Origin: Chlorokybus atmophyticus
Lineage: Eukaryota; Plantae; Mesostigma and Chlorokybus algae
Length of the DNA stretch: 64,000 nucleotides
Direction of reading: 5' to 3'
Assembly: GCA_009103225.1 (NCBI GenBank)
Contig: RHPI01000732.1
Location: 232,482-296,481, forward strand
The notes under the pieces: model-generated
The model's database searches: none
What the model was told of the DNA's origin: nothing
The model's input: only the letters and a program-made list of their open reading frames with translations
Made by a program: the position numbers and the translations under genes
Shown here: positions 56,917 through 64,000 of the stretch, in pieces
Position numbering within the stretch: position 1 is the stretch's first letter
How the letters are laid out: each line of letters opens with the position of its first letter

Positions 56917-58661
56917 TGGCTGCCGAGCACCGGCCCCTCCCAGCCGCCCTTGACACCGCCCTCCCCACCGCCGCCGCCGCCGCCGACAGCCCTATCCCCA
57001 ACAACCCTAGCCCCAAGCAGTACCACAGCTGGCTTTTTTGGCGACTCACCTCACAATCATAGTGCACACGTTTATCACGACTACATGACTCTCTGTAAAC
57101 TTGCCCATGTGCAATTGCCCTGCAAACTCCTAAGTCAACAGACTTCATGTTCTGGGTGCCTGGGTCGGGCGTCAAGTGTCAATTGGGCGCCCTAATGCAC
57201 GCGAAATTTATTCTGTCCGTGGTTCTGGCTGAACGTTCCGGGAGTCGCGCAATGCGTCTCGGGTTGGCCTGCACACAGGCGGGCATCCGGCCCCCAACTG
57301 CGCCGGCGAACTTGATCTCATTCTCGACGACGGTGTGCTGATCCACTGCTGTGGAAGACAGGCAGGCAGACTCTCAATTTCTGATTGAGAGTCTCTGAAT
57401 AAAAGCCAATCAATAAGAAAGTCTCTACCCGAGTAAGAACATTGGAGCTTGAGTGAAACCTTCCAAGCTTACTTGAGGCTGATGAATCATTGATGATGAT
57501 CGATCGTCAATTTCTTTATGCTGCTTCACACGTATGGCCTAACAACTCATTTTTTATATTTTTGTCACAATTGTGGACAATAATTGAATGCCGAATTGCG
57601 CTCTCGTGAAATCTGATTGGCTTGGCTTATGCAATATTCACGCATTAGTTTATGCTTACACCAATCAACACTAATCAAAGTATGTAATTAAGCCTTATAA
57701 ATCATAGCCTTACATGAATAGTTTAAAAGTCTCTCAATCAAATTGAAACCCTCAAAATTGTATGCTGCTCGTCACTTATGCCAATGTTTATATCATAGAA
57801 TACAAAGTTAAATATCTTATAAACTATTATTGTATATAATTAACATGTGCAATATCTGCATGGATATTTACACATGTGCAAGATTAGCACTATTGTGATA
57901 ATATGATTGCACAATTTGTATTTTAAAATAGTTTACACTTTAAAGATGCGGAGAAAACACATCTGTTTGTCATCTCATTACAATAAAGTACACAAAATGC
58001 TTATAGTGTACAATTAATAATTGTCAAAGTAATTACCATTACATGTGTCTTGTATGCATAAAGATATCAATTATACTATAACCAAAACTTGCATGGTTGT
58101 ACACAACATTTAACGATTATTTCATGATCGACGAACATGAAATTTATGCACAGTTGCAAAAGCTTTGAACTTGTATTCAAAGATTACAAACTTGGTGCAT
58201 AAACAACGATATACATGTATCCTATTTACTTGAAATTAAAGAAGCTACGCAAATCTTATTGGCGATGTTCAGCCTTTCTTGTGCGCGAACAACAGCCTTT
58301 TCCGTACCTGTCGCGATGCGTCGCAACAGACGGAGGAATGGCCGTTCCGGTAGAACCATGCGGCACACACGAAAGGTTGAAATTGGCAATAATGCACATA
58401 TGCTCCCTTCCGATCTTATATGAATAGCCATGCTCTCACAGCAGCACTGCATGCATGCAGTATCAGCAATATACCATGTTCTCGGTCACAAGCTTCACAT
58501 CGCCGCCATTGCTGCTAGCTGCATCCGCATATCGGTTTGCATAGTGCAGCGTGCAGCTGCGCATGTGAAAACGTGAAAAGCAACATCACTTGCAACCATG
58601 CATGCAGCAAGACGCGAGCACACTACAAACCCTCAGCGCATCTACACCATAAAACGCTCAA

Positions 58662-60709
58662 TTATCTGCCAATGTCTTCAAGTACCGTCAAAGTCTCGTC
58701 CAACACCTGGCACAGCATCAAGCGCACAATCAATGGACCACCACATCGTGCACAAGAACAGTTTTACACAATATCAGTTGCTGATGCTTAGCAACAGCAA
58801 CTGGTGTATGCACATACCTGTTGGATTCGTTGCAGCACAGCAATGGCCTGATAACCTTGGCGCTTGCTGCCTTCACGAACTTCATAAAGAACATCTAGGA
58901 ACTGGCCGGGTCTGATGGGGGCGTTGGCGAAGGGATCCTCATGGTGCTGGGTAACACTTACTGGCTCGCCGCGAAAAGCTTGAGTCAACCGGGCTCGAAG
59001 CTCAGCCCTGCTCTTCACTGACATGAGGTCTCGCAAGTAGTTCACCTCTCGGTCTGGCAAGTTCTTCACCTGCATAACAACGTATATGAATGAGTTACAT
59101 GCATGCACCTACAATGCATGCAGCACTCAACAACCATGCATTGCGATAACATTACCACTCCTTTGCTGGCATCAATGTTTCCTTGCGGTTTGGAAGCGTG
59201 CAGATGCTCCCGAACTTCTTCCCTCAACAAGCAAAGGCGGGCGAGCAGGGAAGGGTCAGGGATAGGCTGGCTTTCCTCCATATCCTGCATCTTACGCAGT
59301 TAGCATCCACACGCTTGCATACTTCTCCATGACACCACACACACTGCTGCAGTAGCAACAGTTTGCTGCCTGATGCGTGCCTTGTACCGATATGAGTTGC
59401 TCTGTGGCGCGGAGCACTTGCTTTCCATCACATGGTGGTACAGAGAGAGAATCCCCTGTGGCTGATTCTGAAGTAGCTGCTTGCGCAGCATGCTCTTCGC
59501 CAATTGCTGCTGTCAATAGCCTCTGGCGCGCCTCTTTACTCGTTGTCCGCACTAACTTGTCCACAACATGCATCTGTCCTGACAACACAGTGAGATCAAC
59601 AACTGCCGCACTGAGGTGCACTGAAACCTTTGCAGGTACATTGTACTTGCATGTTTTTGCTGACAGTGTAAAATCACCTCAGGTGGCATCTTGGCAGCCA
59701 CAGCTGCCAGCACCTCTTCCTTGATCATGTCCAGCATGTCCGCCATCTGTTGTGGTGTAATGCACTGAGCAACAGCTTGCATGTGAGTAATGTTTGAGAG
59801 CTGACCTCAAGGTCGCCGCGTGCACTGGCGGCGGCGGTGTACGCTGAGAGGGCTGCAAGGAAAGCGGCATCAAGCGATGGGAGACGCTTGGCCACGGCAC
59901 CGGACAGTGCTGCACGCACACCCAACTCCGAGAGGTCTCCAAGCTCTCCTTGGCTCATGCGCACCAGCTGCACAGCATGAATCTCATTGAGTGTGCATGT
60001 ATACCCACTCAACCTGCCAATGAGCTACCCCACAACCTGAAAGGTTGTGACATAGGTTCTAAATGCTATGCCCATGCAAGAGTCGCAATGATGCCTGCAT
60101 GGGCATTGCAGCATTGCAGTGTCCGCAAACATGCACGAGTGACGTTCTAACTCAACCGGACATGCTTGACCTTACAATATCAATTATCTTGTACAGTGCA
60201 CATGTAACGTTACGGTTCACGAAGTTCAGTAAGGCATGCTTGCCTTGCAACACGACGTGCTTGACACCGCTGAGCGCACAAACGTGAAAGGCCAAGCGAA
60301 CACACCACACACGGCAATACCAGTGCATGCAGGTGGATTGTCAGTGGCAAGGCAAGATAGCATGCATACTTGGTAATGCCACGCGCATGCTTACATCGTA
60401 ACGAATTTCGGCGAGAATGCTGTCAATCTCCCTGGCGGCCTTCTCCAGAACCATCTGATCGCTGTCGTTGCTGTTGAAACCTTCTCCTCCTCCACCCCTA
60501 ACCCCACTTGTGTACTGCACCGCCACCCCACGGAGCCGCCTGCTACTGGTGCGCCTGCTGCTGCTGCTGCTATGGCTGCTGCTCCGCCTCACAGGCGCCC
60601 TGGACCTAGCTGTCGTAGCATCCCGCCGCACAGCCTGTGCCGATGACAACCGCGACACCCACGCCGACCGCGTCGTCGAGCCCACCACCGCCGCCGCCGC
60701 CGCCGCCAT
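58662..60709 (-). CDS. Uncharacterised alpha-helical protein with predicted plastid transit peptide
   Basis: Ser/Arg/Ala-rich N-terminus from ATG 60709. Seven helical exons (e.g. DPSLLARLCLLREEVRE, LPDREVNYLRDLM, VLDETLTVLEDIGR*) join at GT-AG sites. Confidence 0.7.
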
Positions 60710-60802
60710 GGCTAAGCACAAGTACAAGTACAAGCATGGGCACAAGTGTTGGCTGAGCCCAGCTGCTTAGCATGCGGCGGCGGCGGCGGCGGCGGAGGTG
60801 GG

Positions 60803-62716
60803 ATGTGGGCGTTGGCGTCGGGGTGCTGGCTAGGAGGAGGCGTGCGGGTGAGGAAGTTGCTGCTACCGCCGACGCGCCAAGCACAGCCGTTGCCGCCATG
60901 CCTGCGGCGACAACAGCCGCAAGCAGGCGGCCAGCTTGTGCGCATGTGTGCTACGCGCCCTGAAGTAGCAGCCGCCAAAAAGGGCAATGACATTGCTGAA
61001 GGAGAAGTTCAGGTGAGAGTTTCAGGAAAGGGGCGACTGGCGGTGAAGAAAGGCCTGGTTTTGTTTGGGCTGCCTGAGCTTGCGACTGTCGTTAGCTTGC
61101 GTCAACTGGTGGGCCGAATTGCACGCAAGCCGGTAGCAATTGGCGTGCATGGCATTGTACTCTGGGACAACAAGGACAGTGTATGTCATGTGTGCACTGC
61201 ACCCTTACGTGTGACAGGACAGCTCTGGCATTGCGCGACCTTGTGGTCGTGATGTGGTGCATGCTGACATGCACCAAATATATGATTGGGTGCTGATGAT
61301 AACGTCACCTGGATATCACCTGTTGCATGGTATTGCATGCAAGCCAACTGTTCTTGGCTATCAGGTGTGGTTTTGTTTTCCGGACGATCCTCGTACACGT
61401 GATCCGCAGCTACTAAAAGCCTACCACAACGTATGGACATGTGCGTGCACGCCTGTTGTTGTCATTGCTTCAAGTTGTGCATGTCTTCAGGGTGTGGTTC
61501 ATAGTCTTTGCGCTCCTGCAGGTAGTGAGCGATGATGAGTATGCTGCAATAGCTGGTGACAGTTGCGACCCAGAGCACGGAAGTCATGACAAAGAGGTGG
61601 AGAAATGGCGGCACAGGTTGCTAACCAGGGCACTCGTGCGCTCCACACTGGCAGACTGTAAGCATTGCTAAGAGGCAGCTTTATGGTTCGTGCATGCTGT
61701 TCCTTTACTATAACGTCACTGACACAGAGCTTTTGCACTCAGATTCAAAAGGTGCTGTGCTGCCACGCGACCTCACCTTGCAGAAGAACGCGTACGGCAA
61801 ACCTAGCGTTAGTGTTGCAACTGCAAGCACGTCAATCACTGTCTCCACTTCCTCGCTGACCCAATGTGTATGTTACACGCTTGCAGATGCAATGGCCCAC
61901 ATCGGTTGACCCCAAAACTCTCCCCCGCTTGGAGTTCAGTCTCTCTCACACAGACTCACTCATCGCCCTAGCTGTCACTGTGGATCAGCCAGTAAGTATT
62001 CGCATGGCAGACATATACTACTGTATGCCTGTGCTTACAATGTGTGCATGTGCTTTTTGCAGGTGGGTCTAGACGTGGAACGCACAGAGCGCTCCACACG
62101 AGTGGACCCGCTCACCTTTGCACGAAGGCGGTTCGCGCCATCTGAAGCATATATGTTGGAGTCCATTCAGGACAAGCATGCACGGCGGCAGCGCTTTATG
62201 CAGCTCTGGACATTGAAGGTAAGCGCGCGCTCAGAAGTTGTCCCGCGGTCAGAATGTTCCAAGGTATGGTAGTGCATCATATGAAGTCTCATGAGTGTTG
62301 TGAAGGAGGCATACATGAAAGCATTGGGGCGGGGCATTAACGCAGTCACTTTGAGTGGCTACGGTTTCGACTTTTGTAACGCGCCAGTTGGGGAGTGCAC
62401 CCCACATCAACCTCACATCTCTGCTCCAGGCGGAAAAAGTCTGGATGTAAGCGTGGTGAGAATGAACTCCGCTGCCCAAGAGTTGGTCCAACACTCATTG
62501 CATCATGGCATTGCATTGCAGGGTATCAAGCTAGTATTGCATGACTCCACAACTGCTGCGAGGCACGGCGCGCAGCCTGACTCGTGGCGGCTTTTGCTGC
62601 TGAAGCCGACTCCGCATCACGTCTGTGCAGTGTGTGTGCACGCTAGTGAAGGTGAGTCACAACAGTTTGTTCATTGCTGCAGGTACAGACCAGTCAATCC
62701 ATGTCGGTTGTTCTGA
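60803..62716 (+). CDS. Sfp-type 4'-phosphopantetheinyl transferase (holo-ACP synthase)
   Basis: RLLTRALVRSTLA, KNAYGKP, FSLSHT, VGLDVE and FMQLWTLK|EAYMKALGRG. The N-terminus looks organelle-targeting. Start and last exon are approximate. Confidence 0.9.
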
Positions 62717-63338
62717 CTCATTGTTGTTGCCTTGCAGCTGTTGAGTCTTTGCGAGTTAGGACATTTTACACAGTACCTTTAGTGCACGGTTCGCCATTTG
62801 TGGTGAACGAGTATCTTGGTTGTAGCTATAACTTGTAGTCGGCGTGCATGCAACAGTTGAACTGTACGGAAAAAGTAGAGCAGACTGTGGCTCATTGCAG
62901 CCCAACCTACTTGAATTGACATTTGCGCAGTCAGCATTTTTAATATTCTGTGTGGTGCGTGCGTGTGCATTTCACTACACCAAGCAATGTGTGGCATTGA
63001 CAACAATGTGCAAGTAACATCAGCTATTTACGCTGTCTGTTCTGTTGTATTACTGGTGTAGTGTTAAGTAACAACACTCTAGTCTGCTCTTATAATCCTC
63101 ATCAACATGCTTACCTGGCAACCCCACAGCTGCTTAAGCAACATAAATATAATGTGACTATCTGCGTACATCAACACTTGCTTCCAACAGTCTTGCAGGC
63201 AGGACGGCGTTATTGACTTCGTGGCAGAGTACATGTCACCTTCTTAGTGTTGTCAATCCTCCTCAACCGAGTCATACAGCTTGACAAACCTGCCAACACA
63301 CCTCACACGTCTATATCACACCACACTGCGAGGGTTGG

Positions 63339-64000
63339 TCAACCTGTTGCTAAGTTGGTGCTTTGAGTGATCGCATCGAGTGCAGCAGAACCGTGCTGCA
63401 CTTGATGCGTTGCCCGTGTGCTGGCATACCTCGGGAGTTGCTTTTCAATGTCGTATCGCCGGAACAGACGTATGAGTTCCGTGTTAAAGGGTGCGAAGAA
63501 GTTCCGCAGAATGCGCTCGGTCTCAGGCGTCATTTCCGGCTCGCTTTTGCATTTGTCCCACCTCTCCCCAACATTTGTTGCGATCATTACGTCCGGCACC
63601 GGCAACTCGTACTCAACCCCAAGGAAGTCCATCACCTGGTTGTTGGCTGAAGGATTGGTTGTCCACAGCAGTACACGATCCAACATGTAATGCAACGCGC
63701 GTGCGCGTACAAACAATATGCCGACTTCTGCACGACTGGCTAAACGCTGCACGCACCTGCTGGCCAATCTTGCGAGCACCTTCGGGAGTGTCATAGTTCT
63801 GACGTCACACACAAAATAAGCAAAAGTTGAGCTTGCTCATATTGGCTTGTTGTCCTGATTGTGACGTTTTATGTCTCATTGTCGTGTGAACTGTTGCATA
63901 GACCTGTGCATGTGCATTGTGAATCCAAAAGCCCCCAACCTCGAAGTCGATGACGAGGAAGTGCTGCGCGGGCGGGAAGAGGCTGAACCATGGCTCCAGC
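63339..64000 (-). CDS. 3' part of a sulfotransferase (heparan-sulfate 3-O/N-sulfotransferase-like)
   Basis: LEPWFSLFPPAQHFLVIDFE | ...VMDFLGV...MTPETERILRNFFAPFNTELIRLF resembles the C-terminal helices of this family. The PAPS-binding motifs lie outside the window. Confidence 0.65.

Noticed and set aside
61905-61915. USE-like GCCCACATCG
   Set aside because: It lies inside a PPTase coding exon with no TATA. It also shows the motif can arise by chance.
63107-63120. U1 snRNA-like start ATGCTTACCTGG
   Set aside because: The downstream sequence does not continue as U1, and no USE or Sm site was seen.

Overview
Eukaryotic nuclear DNA: gene-dense, with short GT-AG introns, two N-gaps and no CRISPR, rRNA or tRNA seen. 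The gene set (plant-type CDKC with PITAIRE, GEX1, OM47-like barrel, PTOX, nuclear mitochondrial ATP synthase beta, telo-boxes) and the intron style point to a green alga, probably an early-diverging streptophyte (inference). About 15 spliced genes can be reconstructed by hand: class A beta-lactamase-fold protein (5' end outside window), tandem-BRCT+BAH protein, GT8, PNISR-like protein, PTOX, MPC1, GEX1, epoxide hydrolase, OM47-like protein, CDKC, PH-less PDK1, intron-containing hAT/ZNF862-like protein, ATP synthase beta, an unknown plastid-type protein, Sfp-type PPTase and a sulfotransferase 3' end. The most interesting items are: the intron-bearing beta-lactamase fold apparently lacking the Glu166 equivalent; a candidate Pol III non-coding RNA (USE-like + TATA-like + structured ~340 nt + T4) between two decayed direct repeats at 51-52 kb; an apparently domesticated hAT transposase; and the BRCT-BRCT-BAH architecture. 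All gene models and alignments are manual, and no database search was run.
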